NCBI GenBank assembly: GCA_965644495.1
Contig: CBFFSA010000007.1
Location: 806,001-870,000 of the forward strand
Source of the DNA: Perkinsela sp. CCAP 1560/9
Lineage: Eukaryota; Protista; Euglenozoa: Kinetoplastea
Direction of reading: 5' to 3'
Length of the DNA stretch: 64,000 nucleotides
Shown here one piece after another: positions 10,201 to 19,913 of the stretch. The notes beneath the pieces are model-generated. The model did not search any database. It was given only the letters and a program-made list of their open reading frames with translations, and was not told the origin of the DNA. The position numbers were made by a program, and so were the translations under genes. Numbering within the stretch: the stretch's first letter is position 1; the number at the start of each line of letters is the position of its first letter.

Positions 10201-11476
10201 CATCGTACAATACCCGTTTCGGGGACAAAATATCTATCTCAGAAAAGCAATCTACCTGAAAAAGAAGCCCCATACGCGAATGATCTTCTTCCCAAAGTGC
10301 TCGAGCACCGACGAGTCTTGTACTAGCCACTGGTAGTATTATTACGCCAGAGAGCTCTACGCGAGTTACAAGTTTATTATTCTCTTCACGTTCAACAATT
10401 CTAAACAAGTGCAGTTTTTGTAAGTCACAAATACCGAATAGGTCCCTTCCGACATGGATACAAGTGACAGCGTTGAGTTCTGGCGCTTCCGTAAGAGGGA
10501 AGTTACAATGGACTTTAGCTTCCTCGTTTTCTGGAATATTCATAAGAATCAATTCCGGGCGGTCAGTAAGAGCCACAATATATGACTGTTTGAGAGATTC
10601 GTCAACGATGGGGCATATAGTTACCACTTTAGATCCTGATTTGGGTACTGAATGCTCAGATTCTGTATCGCTAGAACGCCACAAATTTAGCCATTTCTTC
10701 AGCTTTTTTGCGGCGTTTTCAGATCGTCCGACAAGTTTTTCATACGCAGCGCAGGCTTGAAGCGAAGCTTTACGCTTTGACAAAGACAAGATGAATTCAG
10801 AAAGCGGACTTCGGCTAGTCGCATCAGAGTCGTGCAATAAAAATAATAGGCTTAGTTCTTTGTTCCTCTGACTCTTTTCACGGAGGAACCGCATTGAAAT
10901 GTAGCCTCCATTGCGGGTAGCTTCACGTAACATGTCGTCCAATCGATATTCATTGTGAATCGAACACATAACTTCAGATGATATGTCGACGATGAGCGGA
11001 CAAGATTCTTTTTGCACTCGAACAAGAAGCGTTACACATCGGTAGGGCGACGAAATTAAAAGCACGATTCTTATTGTGTCAAAGCATCCCTCTTCCTGCG
11101 CGCCTTCAGCAGCCCCCGCAGCTTCTTGCAGTGAGACCCGAACACTACTACTCTTCTCTCTTGGGTATTCGAATTTTGGTTTCATTGCACCAATCCCGCA
11201 GATGTATGGGGCGTAAATGAGTAGATGAGACAGATTTTCGCAATTAGGCTTGTCTTCCGTAACAGTCAAATGAATCATAGAGTTTGCTATCCCATAATTG
11301 AGAGTGTAACCGTTGGCTGTGGAAATAGGAGTGTTAATGCAAGAAGCCGATTGCGAGGACATATTTCTAGACGCCACTTGCTCGTGAATAGAGTCCATAC
11401 CCGTGCGATTCAGCTGACCATGGCTGTCCAATGCGTAGCTTTGTGCCCCTCTTAAACTTGGTATCCAATGTAACAT
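7295..11476 (-). CDS. Large beta-propeller/alpha-solenoid protein, probable Nup160/Nup120-type nucleoporin
   Basis: 1393 aa; beta-rich N-half, helical C-half. C-terminal AGRVLRDAARRL..CLLTAHDTL, EIQREFFL, LLRGGEF...YGLPLSEIV and LPSDLTFNY resemble Nup160 segments (recalled). Confidence 0.55.
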   Translation of the reverse strand: MLHWIPSLRGAQSYALDSHGQLNRTGMDSIHEQVASRNMSSQSASCINTPISTANGYTLNYGIANSMIHLTVTEDKPNCENLSHLLIYAPYICGIGAMKPKFEYPREKSSSVRVSLQEAAGAAEGAQEEGCFDTIRIVLLISSPYRCVTLLVRVQKESCPLIVDISSEVMCSIHNEYRLDDMLREATRNGGYISMRFLREKSQRNKELSLLFLLHDSDATSRSPLSEFILSLSKRKASLQACAAYEKLVGRSENAAKKLKKWLNLWRSSDTESEHSVPKSGSKVVTICPIVDESLKQSYIVALTDRPELILMNIPENEEAKVHCNFPLTEAPELNAVTCIHVGRDLFGICDLQKLHLFRIVEREENNKLVTRVELSGVIILPVASTRLVGARALWEEDHSRMGLLFQVDCFSEIDILSPKRVLYDGRASLLELESSDSSYAETEIRRYVVVETVSGNETWRCGIVVNSDHDQTNSWDLSPLQIGFWANRISVMLVSRANDLHLLRRQTGEISSLEFLSLVIPSVEFHLLPLESDDRQRTCPRAFAPGSNCLLHTDIVPELCLDAEVARTPHCLVTVPVAKFDNELELPELTKYGLHTLIHILSNTIMHEQGLSNFLYHASGKGLSKVLARLAYCTLHEVRKHIFMFDSVNFREAICQWRSFLCASSEDPKIPLQNSPGHEYAQALVLDRISNCKAHAILFALALQFLPLLDASLQDLHDVHLDFSLHYLKWHLGVESVLLLSPELIQQQHNASYPIPITHNLLARWFEGAVNVGSYPEVMAKDLLEYSSPSILQHWLYVWKNDRPELLHFQGVLSSGNASISHLSAAYFVKIALLLEEIRGSEQQWECLSLYLDADSMARARGCLDDGACIGTHIGGNPKETKAFNVATATYLQFCLKFIFKCDANGNCLTTLPLSDVHVMMEMLTAKIEKESFVPFPELVHAAFSSYCVRLIQEHEFRRAHALVVTSSVFFWIETAGQLLTYEEKSALTAHSRKELARIFVETFLEECASLEDMRGFIFHDFFSPNKLELTHKNSENTIAHFYSIASEAMYTFYKKLTPSHSGKYLPVITLLHDVLVHHTHAGLAGRVLRDAARRLCEVGDFDSAMDCLLTAHDTLQKAAQAISRTEGSHESVFRLTPLDHKSCHEIQREFFLIECVRCLMDDFPNNGETDSDCHSDVDFSKVHDLLPWLNESNTASTTVKQVAVKLLRGGEFVRSTELYGLYGLPLSEIVLRATALCASQSHGPGGFEPLVDLFLHLHQSSLHYKEVSGLYDAALQYMISLRRDRTLPSDLTFNYLKLDLPGFLSTFVVIGQKHLSNKESTFNPSLFEQLANHYRTVYLNESVACDPRCAKFFVNAVLSSEVLHLSHLASTEGIITEETSSVIQKLTSIYV

Positions 11477-11639
11477 TTGAGTATCAGTTCGTTTGTGTAA
11501 GTAGGGAAATAAGAAAGAAAGCTTCTGTGTGTAGGATACAGATAAATGTAGATCGTACAGCTTGATTTAAAACGTACCGATACATGCTCAACGTAAAAAT
11601 TCTCTAGTTTTTTACTCTAATTAAGATACGTGGACGTCC

Positions 11640-13718
11640 CTATTTGCTGGAAACCATAGTATGCATGTGCAAGACAGGCTTGATTTGTAGTTTATTCTTC
11701 AGAACAGCTTCTCTGGCTAAATCTCTCGTCACAAAAACAATGCGCTTGTGAATGTTCTTGATAGCATTGAATAAAAGGAGAGAGGCTTTGATATCTGAAA
11801 AACTAAGTGGAATTTCATGGTGGGGTACACAGGCAGGAATACTTTTTTGAGACAGATTGCAATAAAAAGCTTCAAAAACACCTGATGGTGGTAAAATACG
11901 GAACCATTCGTGCTCGAGCGCTAAATTCAATACCTCACGTGCAGTGCTGTTTGCACTGCTGTTTTGAGTATCCGATTTCAGAGGACTTTTGTCGGATAGC
12001 AATTCACCAAGGCTTGTGAAGGGAATTAGGGCAACTCCCCCGTCCCGCTTGTGGTACTCAGACATAACACGGACGAAACCTTTCCGCAAGTGAGGATGTG
12101 TTAAAGAAAACACAGCCGTCGAATCGAGCAAAACAAGAGTGGCCTTGTTGTTTGAGGATAAACATAATCCTTGATAGAACTCAATTTCGCTTCTTACGGT
12201 AAATGCATGAATACGATTTATAACGTTCTGCGTACTAGTCAACAGAGGCTTAGATTCGCCAAAGCCGGCCTCGTAGAAAATGGTGAGGAATGTGGCAAAT
12301 AGTTGGGTAGATACCTCAGAAACTGAGCGTACGAAGTTAACATCTATTTCGGACACTTCCGGTACCATGAATTTACTTGTATGATAGTTGAAAAGATCTG
12401 CGTTTATTGCACAGTCGTCAACTGATAAGGCGCCAAATTGCAGAATGAGCTTCAGTAGAGCAAGTAGTTTATGTAAAGTGTGGTCAAACTCTGAGCACGT
12501 GTGTAATGCATTGGATAGAACAGCCTGAAATTTGTGATCTGCTAACTGTTGCCCATGCCGCGCAATCATTTCGGCAAATAGAGCAAGAAAAAGGTCAGGC
12601 TCGTGATCTGATAAGCAGGGTAAGACATTTTCTCTTATTTCTTTGCAAAGTTCAGGTTCAAACGTACAAGTTAGGTGCAAAATTTCTTCGTATGTGCGAG
12701 TGGTAGTTCGTTCCATAGCACGTGATGCCGTGAATATAGCAAATGAATATAGCAGAACTTTGACATTACCATTAGCATTAAGTCGAGCAAAATTCAAAAT
12801 AAGACACACTACTTCAGGACAAAATAGCTCAGATTTCTTACTATTCGCGGTAGATAACATAGAAACGCAATGGCGAAGTTTAGTTTGCGGGTCAAAACGT
12901 GGGTTCTCCAATATGCTCGAAACAAATGAAATGTATGAAGCGCACTCCACACCAACAACTGATCCATCCTTGAACACTGCAATAGCTTCTTCAATCATTC
13001 CATTCTTAAACAGGTATTCAACATATTTCATGTAGGTGATGCACAGCAAACTTTGTGAGGATTCACGGATTAATTGATAAAAGTCTCGTGGGTAACTTAC
13101 TGGAAAGGGTGGTTCGCACGAGCTGAGACACTCTTCAAACAATAGAATCGTTAGATCGCTATTTGGTATCCGTTTATGGTCAAGTACGTAGCACACTGCT
13201 TGAACGGTCATTTTACTCTCGTAAAGTAGAAGAAGAGAGGAGTCATAATCTTCCTTTGTCAAGGTAATATCAACCATTGACATTTCTTCGAAAAAGCGAA
13301 TTATTGCATTCGCGTTCTTCTCATGAATCGCCTTGTACAGAACGTTGCGATAACAAGCATATGATGGAATGACATTTAGTGAGCTTAAAGCGTCTAAAAT
13401 ATTCATTGAAGCAGAAAGCGATGGAATATTTTTTAGGCAAGTTAAAGCTTCGAAACGACGCTGCGCACATTCTTCGTAGCTATCGGGGATATTTGTGCCA
13501 CCAATACTGAGCGGGACAATACGATAGGGCTCTTCATTCACAGAGGTTATGTATCGCAGCTTTCGTGGGGCAAGGTCACGCTCGGGAAGCGTTCTACCCA
13601 TTTTTCTCGAGTCTGCTTCTGCGAAACACCTGTATCGTATGTGTGGGGATACCTCCTCACAAGGCAAAACAGGAATCGGCTTCGGCCGCTCCGGCACTGT
13701 ATTAGCCCAATTTTGCAT
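11640..13718 (-). CDS. PPR-like repeat protein with C-terminal PIN-like domain
   Basis: PSYACYRNVLYKAIHEKNANAIIRFFEEM is PPR-like; LVLLDSTAV...IPFTSLGEL...IVFVTRD is PIN-like. Confidence 0.5.
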   Translation of the reverse strand: MQNWANTVPERPKPIPVLPCEEVSPHIRYRCFAEADSRKMGRTLPERDLAPRKLRYITSVNEEPYRIVPLSIGGTNIPDSYEECAQRRFEALTCLKNIPSLSASMNILDALSSLNVIPSYACYRNVLYKAIHEKNANAIIRFFEEMSMVDITLTKEDYDSSLLLLYESKMTVQAVCYVLDHKRIPNSDLTILLFEECLSSCEPPFPVSYPRDFYQLIRESSQSLLCITYMKYVEYLFKNGMIEEAIAVFKDGSVVGVECASYISFVSSILENPRFDPQTKLRHCVSMLSTANSKKSELFCPEVVCLILNFARLNANGNVKVLLYSFAIFTASRAMERTTTRTYEEILHLTCTFEPELCKEIRENVLPCLSDHEPDLFLALFAEMIARHGQQLADHKFQAVLSNALHTCSEFDHTLHKLLALLKLILQFGALSVDDCAINADLFNYHTSKFMVPEVSEIDVNFVRSVSEVSTQLFATFLTIFYEAGFGESKPLLTSTQNVINRIHAFTVRSEIEFYQGLCLSSNNKATLVLLDSTAVFSLTHPHLRKGFVRVMSEYHKRDGGVALIPFTSLGELLSDKSPLKSDTQNSSANSTAREVLNLALEHEWFRILPPSGVFEAFYCNLSQKSIPACVPHHEIPLSFSDIKASLLLFNAIKNIHKRIVFVTRDLAREAVLKNKLQIKPVLHMHTMVSSK

Positions 13719-13908
13719 TCAACTGCGTCATAAGTGACAGTTTTAAATACAACTAAATTTAAAGCTAGAAATAGAAAAGTTTCTTAATTATGCCATCCAC
13801 TTTGTTTAAAAGAACACGCAGTGGTTGCTGCGAAAACAAAAACCAAAAAATGTAAAAAAAACCACAATCCATCATTCAGCGTCAGACACATGTTCTATGG
13901 AAAGAACT

Positions 13909-16134
13909 TCATTCAAACTCCTTTAGCCAAGAGTGTTGCAACAGTTCTGCCGCAGAGGGACGTCGCATCGGGTCTCGCTCGAAGCATAATGACAAGAAAT
14001 CCGTAACCTGGGGATCGAGATCCGACGGCATTTGGGATGGAAGACCGGCGGAGTTGGCAATGTGGTACACGGCACTCCACATGGAACTAAACTCCGGCCA
14101 CGGGGGTTTTCCAGTGAGCATCTCGACTAGGGTGCAGCCCACGCTCCAGATGTCAGCTTTTGCACCGTATCCTCCGGAGTCTTCTTTAATTACCTCCGGG
14201 GCCATCCAGTAGGGCGTTCCTACCATAGAGCGACATCCATGGGATTTGTTACAGAGCGTTTCAATGGAACGACTGCACCCAAAATCGGCCAATTTAATCA
14301 CCCCGTTGGTGCCCACCAGAATATTTTCTCCTTTGAGGTCGCGATGCACAATGTTGTTCTCGTGGAGGTATTGGACACCTTCGACAATCTGCCGAAGCCA
14401 GGCACGAATAACATCGAGAGACAGCTGTGTGAATTTTTTAATAAACGAACGTAAGTTTCCCCCCATGACGTGCTCCATGAAAATACAAATACGTCCCGCT
14501 TCCATGTCCTCTACATAGCCCTCCAGTCGGACAATATTTTTGTGTTGTAGGCGCTGCAAGAGACTGATTTCGTTGCGAAGGGTGCGTAGGTCAGACTCTG
14601 CGTCCTCAAGTGAGCCGACATCAATGATTTTCACTGCTGTAATGACTCCAGTCGGAAGTACGGCCTCGTACACACAACCATAAGACCCTTTCCCTATGAG
14701 ACGTCCGATACTCGCCCGTTTCGCCAAAGCTCGGAATTCCTCATTGGTTTTTTGCTGCTTCCCAGAGGTTTGTATCACTTCACTTTCGGAGTTGCGTTGG
14801 AGTGGAACACTCGTCGATTTATCACGGGATAGACTAAGCTCCGTTCGTACGTTGTTCTCGGATGTCTGCGTTTTCGAATCTATACTCTCCTCCCCTTTAA
14901 AACTAACGGAGAGCGAGGATCGCGCGCTGGAGATCTCACTTCTGTCATCGCCCTGGAAACTCAAATAACCCAACGACAGTTTCTCCCTCCACATCCGCTG
15001 ATACCGAAACGTGGCATCCAGAAAATCCCCCAGCGCGTTATCCCCCCGCGCCACCCTCCGCGGCGCCCCCCTCAACGCCCCCTGCTGCCAGCACCCCATC
15101 ACCCACCCCCCTTTCACCAAACTCTCACACCCCTCCCCGTGCCGCATCCCCTTCATAAAATACCCATGAAACACCTCCCCATCCGCCCACCGAAACGAGC
15201 CCCGCCCGTGGGGCTTGGACGCCCTAAACCCCCCCTCGTACACGTTCCCCTCCACCATCCGCCACACCCCATACCCCTCCCGGCGGTCGCCCTCCCAGGT
15301 GCCGTAGTACTCCGAGCCGTCCGCGTAGGTCACCCGGCCCACCCCCTCCCGGGCGTCCCCGACCCACTCCCCGTCGTAGCGGCACTCCGGGGTCTCCTCC
15401 CTCCCGCGGCCGTGGCGCTGGTTGTTGCGGTAGGCCCCGTGGTAGTACCCGGCGCCGTGGGGGGCGGTGGTCCGGCCGATCCCCTCTCGTTGGTTGTGGG
15501 CGAAGGCGCCGTGGTAGGTGGTGCCGTCGGCCCAGGTGTAGGTGCCGGTGCCGGTCTGGGTGTTGTGGGCCCAGTCGCCGGTGTAGGTGTCGTGGGTGTC
15601 GGCGAAGGTGAAGGTGCCGTGGCCGTGGGGGAGGCCGAGGGGGGAGAGCTGGCCGTGGTAGGTGCCGTCGGGGGTGTGGAGGGTGTGGAGGGGGGGAGAG
15701 GGGGTGGGGGTGTTGGGGGGATCGGGGTGGGAAGGGCGAAGGGGGTTGTTGCTCGTGTGGCTGTTGCTGTTACTGTGGGGATTGAAGAGGAGGGAGGAGG
15801 AGAGGGGGGTAGAGGGGGTGGGGGAGGTGGTGGGTTTGTTGTGGTTGTTATGTTGGGGATCGTTGTAGTTATTGCTATTGTTATTCTGGGTGGTGGTGGT
15901 AGTGGTATTTTGGGGATTGAGGAGAATTGAGGAGGAGAGGGGGAGGGAGGGCGTGGGGTTGTTCTGCCTGCAGTTGTGTTTGTTATCGTGGGTAATGTTG
16001 TTATTGTGCGTGTTGCTGCTGTTGGGATTGAAGAAGGGGGAGGAGGAGAGGGGGAGAGAGGGTGTGGGGGGAGAAGGAGAGGGGGAAGGTGTGATGGGAA
16101 GGGAGGGGGGAGGGGGAAGATGGGATGAGGCCAT
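13909..16134 (-). CDS. MORN-repeat STE11/MEKK-like protein kinase
   Basis: Multiple YxGxWxxxxxxGxG MORN repeats; GKGSYG, AVK, HRDLKGEN, DFG, GTPYWMAPE, DIWSVG. Confidence 0.93.
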   Translation of the reverse strand: MASSHLPPPPSLPITPSPSPSPPTPSLPLSSSPFFNPNSSNTHNNNITHDNKHNCRQNNPTPSLPLSSSILLNPQNTTTTTTQNNNSNNYNDPQHNNHNKPTTSPTPSTPLSSSLLFNPHSNSNSHTSNNPLRPSHPDPPNTPTPSPPLHTLHTPDGTYHGQLSPLGLPHGHGTFTFADTHDTYTGDWAHNTQTGTGTYTWADGTTYHGAFAHNQREGIGRTTAPHGAGYYHGAYRNNQRHGRGREETPECRYDGEWVGDAREGVGRVTYADGSEYYGTWEGDRREGYGVWRMVEGNVYEGGFRASKPHGRGSFRWADGEVFHGYFMKGMRHGEGCESLVKGGWVMGCWQQGALRGAPRRVARGDNALGDFLDATFRYQRMWREKLSLGYLSFQGDDRSEISSARSSLSVSFKGEESIDSKTQTSENNVRTELSLSRDKSTSVPLQRNSESEVIQTSGKQQKTNEEFRALAKRASIGRLIGKGSYGCVYEAVLPTGVITAVKIIDVGSLEDAESDLRTLRNEISLLQRLQHKNIVRLEGYVEDMEAGRICIFMEHVMGGNLRSFIKKFTQLSLDVIRAWLRQIVEGVQYLHENNIVHRDLKGENILVGTNGVIKLADFGCSRSIETLCNKSHGCRSMVGTPYWMAPEVIKEDSGGYGAKADIWSVGCTLVEMLTGKPPWPEFSSMWSAVYHIANSAGLPSQMPSDLDPQVTDFLSLCFERDPMRRPSAAELLQHSWLKEFE

Positions 16135-16200
16135 AGGTGATATCGATCGGTGTCTGTACTACAGACGGTAGAAAATACACCCGGCGGTCAGGGTGGGGGG
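15020..16200. other. GC-rich skew-switch island 2
   Basis: C/A-rich to ~15410, then G/T-rich. Confidence 0.85.
15778..16070 (-). repeat. Three ~50-bp coding repeats (PTPS[LT]PLSSSxxxNP) separated by AAC-rich spacers
   Basis: gggattga..gaggaggagagggg..agagggxgtgggg copies at ~15778, ~15912 and ~16024. Confidence 0.75.
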
Positions 16201-16506
16201 TTCATGTAAAGAGGAGGGTGGAAAATGGGATGTCAAATCTATTGTTTGGTTTCCTTTGTCAAATAAGAGGATATTACAACTCATAAACTGGTAGAAAGAA
16301 GGAAAGACTGGGAAAGAGTAGAGGAGTGATGATCTGAGTCATGCGCTCCCTACTTTAGCCCATCTTTCTTCCTTTCCAGCCGAGTCGAAATACACTGAAA
16401 TTTTAACATTGCTACAATTTTCAGCGAAAAGTGAAGCACAAGTAGAAAAATCTGATGGCTCAGTACTCTTCATGGGAATTTGGCACCCGCATCCTATCTG
16501 GTCATA

Positions 16507-17691
16507 TTAATTTTTCTTTGATCCCGCTCGCGGAGGGTTAAACTTAAAGTGCAGAATATCTCCATCCAAGACTTCATAAGTCTTCCCCTCCTGACGCAGT
16601 TTCCCCGCTTCCTTACACTGGCTCATGTCCTTGGTTTCCTCGAAATCCGCCCAGTGCACCGTATCGGCACAGATAAACCCTTTTTCCATGTCACTGTGAA
16701 TTCGTCCAGCCGCCTGCGGGGCTTTCATCCCTTTTTGTATCGTCCAGCACCGCACCTCGTCCTCCCCTGCGGTAAAAAAATGCAGCAAATGGATACTACG
16801 GTACCCCTCCGTAACGATACGAGACACAGAGGAGCGTGCCTCGGGGCTTTCCTCTGAGGCGGGCTTCTCACTTTCCGCTTTTTCTTGTAATTGAAGTTCA
16901 TGTTCTACAGAAAAAGGAATCATGGGCTCTCCAGTTCGTGCATCAATCCACGATTTAAGTTGGGGAAGCCACTTGTTACGCTTACGCAGAAAATCACGCT
17001 GGGTCATGTTGATCAAAAACACTCCAGGCTTCGCGGTGAGTAAGTGGAGCGTGTTGAGGAATTCGATCTCTTTGGCATTCCAACTACAGCAGCGAATTTG
17101 GTCCCCACGTTCCAGGACTTCCTTAATTTTTTTCAGATGCTCTAACTCCACCACTTTAGTTTTGTCAATCCCACGGTCGACGATCGGTTGAATCCGTTCC
17201 ATCACTTGAGTAACGTTTTCCAAGTCTTTTATCGCCAACTCATTGAATATTAGCTCCAGGTCCCGGATGGGGTTGACCTCTCCCTCCACATGGGTGATCA
17301 TCTCGTCCTCGAACACACGTACCATGTGGTAGATCCCGTCTACCGCCCCAATGTGGCTTAGAAATGCATTCCCAAGTCCCTGGCCCTCGGCGGCTCCTTT
17401 GACCAGTCCGGCAATGTCGGTCACATGTAACATTGTGGGAACTTCACTTCGAGGCTTGAACACGCGACAGAGCTCCTCGTAACGTGCGTCTGGGACCGGA
17501 ACTTTGGCCTGGTTAGGTTCGATGGTGCAAAATGGAAAATTTTCCGCCGCCACTGTTTGTTTAGTCAGGAGGTTGAAAAAGGAGGATTTGCCCACGTTCG
17601 GAAGTCCAACGATGCCCATTTTTAGAGAGGTACCAGGTCGTCCAAGAAGTACAGTTTTGGGTGCGGGTTCTTCTTTCTTTTTGGGTGGCAT
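16507..17691 (-). CDS. OLA1: Obg-like ATPase 1 (YchF family)
   Basis: MPPKKK start; GIVGLPNVGKS, ENFPFCTIEPN, DIAGLVKGA, TGS domain (FFTAGEDEVRCWTI). Confidence 0.96.
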   Translation of the reverse strand: MPPKKKEEPAPKTVLLGRPGTSLKMGIVGLPNVGKSSFFNLLTKQTVAAENFPFCTIEPNQAKVPVPDARYEELCRVFKPRSEVPTMLHVTDIAGLVKGAAEGQGLGNAFLSHIGAVDGIYHMVRVFEDEMITHVEGEVNPIRDLELIFNELAIKDLENVTQVMERIQPIVDRGIDKTKVVELEHLKKIKEVLERGDQIRCCSWNAKEIEFLNTLHLLTAKPGVFLINMTQRDFLRKRNKWLPQLKSWIDARTGEPMIPFSVEHELQLQEKAESEKPASEESPEARSSVSRIVTEGYRSIHLLHFFTAGEDEVRCWTIQKGMKAPQAAGRIHSDMEKGFICADTVHWADFEETKDMSQCKEAGKLRQEGKTYEVLDGDILHFKFNPPRAGSKKN

Positions 17692-18000
17692 TTTTAAAAA
17701 GAGTGATGGGGGGATATAAATGGATCGGATAGCTAAAGTTCCAAAAAAGAAATAAAATTCGTTCTGACACATGTTACTCAGAAATTGGATAAAGAATAAT
17801 GGGCTCCGTATTGGACGCAACTGGGTCCTTCTTTAGCATAAACATGCATTCTTTTTCAAATACGCTTTCAAAATTATAGATGTACTTACTGTAATTCGAA
17901 TACAGTAGTGTGTCTACTACAATACGCTGCAAGTCTTTGAAAAATCCAATATCTGACACAAGAATATTCCAAGTACACTTTATGAAACAAACTACAGATT

Positions 18001-18219
18001 TTACAGAATAGAATTATCCTGCGCCCTTTCATAGTTATGCCGCTGAATAACTGCAAAAGCAAGTAGGGTAGTAAACGCAGCAAAGGCCCCTCGGTATTTC
18101 TGACTCTTCATCAGCCGTTGAAATGTAATTTCACCGCGTTCGCGAGTGTGTGACATGGGCCTCGGCATCGGCTCTTGGATCATTTGGACTCCCAGTCTGG
18201 TGTATGAAGGGCGAATCAT
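18001..18219 (-). CDS. Small single-pass hypothetical protein, possibly mitochondrial
   Basis: 72 aa, Arg-rich N-terminus, one hydrophobic segment; fills a gene-sized gap on the coding strand. Confidence 0.45.
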   Translation of the reverse strand: MIRPSYTRLGVQMIQEPMPRPMSHTRERGEITFQRLMKSQKYRGAFAAFTTLLAFAVIQRHNYERAQDNSIL

Positions 18220-18569
18220 GTATGTAAATGTTTATGGAAACAGAAATTAGCTCAAGATTAACTCGGCTATAATTAAAAAGTAACTGCGAAAAACATGTTC
18301 CGCAATTAAGCATTATATTTAACGTCCTAAAGTGAACCGTAGAAAAAAGTAAAGGGCAAATTTCTTAAACATTGCGTTCCTTTTGTCATGCACTCTTAAG
18401 GAGTCATCGAATGCCTCTTGCCCACTCTTTGAGTTCATGAAACCATACTCACATTATCATCACTCCACACTACCAATTTAGGAACGCATACGAAACATGC
18501 AAAACGCATTTCTACATGTTTCTTTGAAGATGCTCTACGCTGGCGAATGCTATTCTGTACGAAACACTT

Positions 18570-19913
18570 TTACACCTTTAGAAACAATCGGCTTTGGCAC
18601 ACGAAAAATGACGTTTCAGGCACTGACACTCCCTTTTCCGGGATCACCACAACATCGTGCCGCGGAGAATTCTCCGTCGAAGGTGCAATCTTTTTCGTCC
18701 CTCGTTTGGGGCGAATCTCAACCAACACCACAGGAATAATTAGTCCAGAGGTATGACGCATCCATGCAGAGGTCCCTAGACAAGGTTCCGAGAGAGGCGC
18801 ATAACCCATAATGGATAAGTCAGTGTCATACCAATCAACCATATCCCATCCTTTCCATCCTGGTGCCACGGGTACCTTCTTCTTGGTCTTTACTTGTTGT
18901 TTCAGTTGCGTTTTAATGCTCATTTCTTCCTTCTTGGTCTTTGATATACTATTTTGTTGAGAAAATATCTCACGCCCCCTTTTGGCACTTTCGGTAATCA
19001 ACTTTACATTAACCTCAGTACCAGCCGTCTGACCTAAAACTTCCATTAGCGACTTGTCCTTTTTCTGCGCCTCTGAGACACGCTCCCGTACCGCACTCCA
19101 ATTAATCCTCAAATCCTTTCGTTGGGTCTTTCCCGAGCCCTTTACACACTCCGCGCATATACCGGGTGACCACAACTGTTCCATCTTCAGATTACACGCG
19201 TGAATCAGCGCCTTTTGTTTCTGGTAGAACTCCGTCATTCCTCCAGGCTTGGTTCCCATTGCGGGAGCACGGAACCCAACACAACGGTATCGAAACACAT
19301 GTCCCCCTTGTGCGATAATCTGCAAGCACATATCATAATCTTCACGAATGGGAAAACGATAACTCAGGTCTTCCCCCTGTGGACCGGACGGCAACAAGGC
19401 ACGGTTCATACAAACACAAATGTTTACGTAGCTGTCCACAATATACGGCTCCGAACGACGAAAGTCCAAGCGACCCATAAACTGGTGATACTCCAGCCCA
19501 ATCAGACAGGTCCCGGGTTGCACCTGTACCGCATCGTGCGGGTTCGCAAGGGAGAGCGCCGTGCGTGCATCCACAGGGACAACCTTAAAATCGCGCTGTT
19601 GTAACGCATAGAACGACTCAATGTCATCGTCAATAATCCAGAACCACCCAGAGTCAGGAGCGAGTCTCCGTAGGATGTAATTTCGCACATAAATCACCCC
19701 TTTGTTGTTCTCTGGGAGTTGCACTACAGAGGTGAGAGAGCTTGATGATGGGGAATCGCCTCTGAGTTGTTTTACATACCATTCGTATTCTTGAGGCTCC
19801 ACGACGATGGTGTGGGGAAGGTTGGATTCACGTAGAAGGTGCCAAGTGCATCGTTTCCCTTCGGCACGCCCTTTTGAGGGAATAAAAGTCGGGAGTGCGG
19901 ATTTGTCTTCCAT
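18570..19913 (-). CDS. JGT: TET/JBP-associated GT-A glycosyltransferase, base J glucosyltransferase-like
   Basis: FIPSKGRA, IVVEPQE, GVIYVRNYIL, WIIDDDI (DxD), REDYDMCLQ, GGM motifs. Confidence 0.7.
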   Translation of the reverse strand: MEDKSALPTFIPSKGRAEGKRCTWHLLRESNLPHTIVVEPQEYEWYVKQLRGDSPSSSSLTSVVQLPENNKGVIYVRNYILRRLAPDSGWFWIIDDDIESFYALQQRDFKVVPVDARTALSLANPHDAVQVQPGTCLIGLEYHQFMGRLDFRRSEPYIVDSYVNICVCMNRALLPSGPQGEDLSYRFPIREDYDMCLQIIAQGGHVFRYRCVGFRAPAMGTKPGGMTEFYQKQKALIHACNLKMEQLWSPGICAECVKGSGKTQRKDLRINWSAVRERVSEAQKKDKSLMEVLGQTAGTEVNVKLITESAKRGREIFSQQNSISKTKKEEMSIKTQLKQQVKTKKKVPVAPGWKGWDMVDWYDTDLSIMGYAPLSEPCLGTSAWMRHTSGLIIPVVLVEIRPKRGTKKIAPSTENSPRHDVVVIPEKGVSVPETSFFVCQSRLFLKV

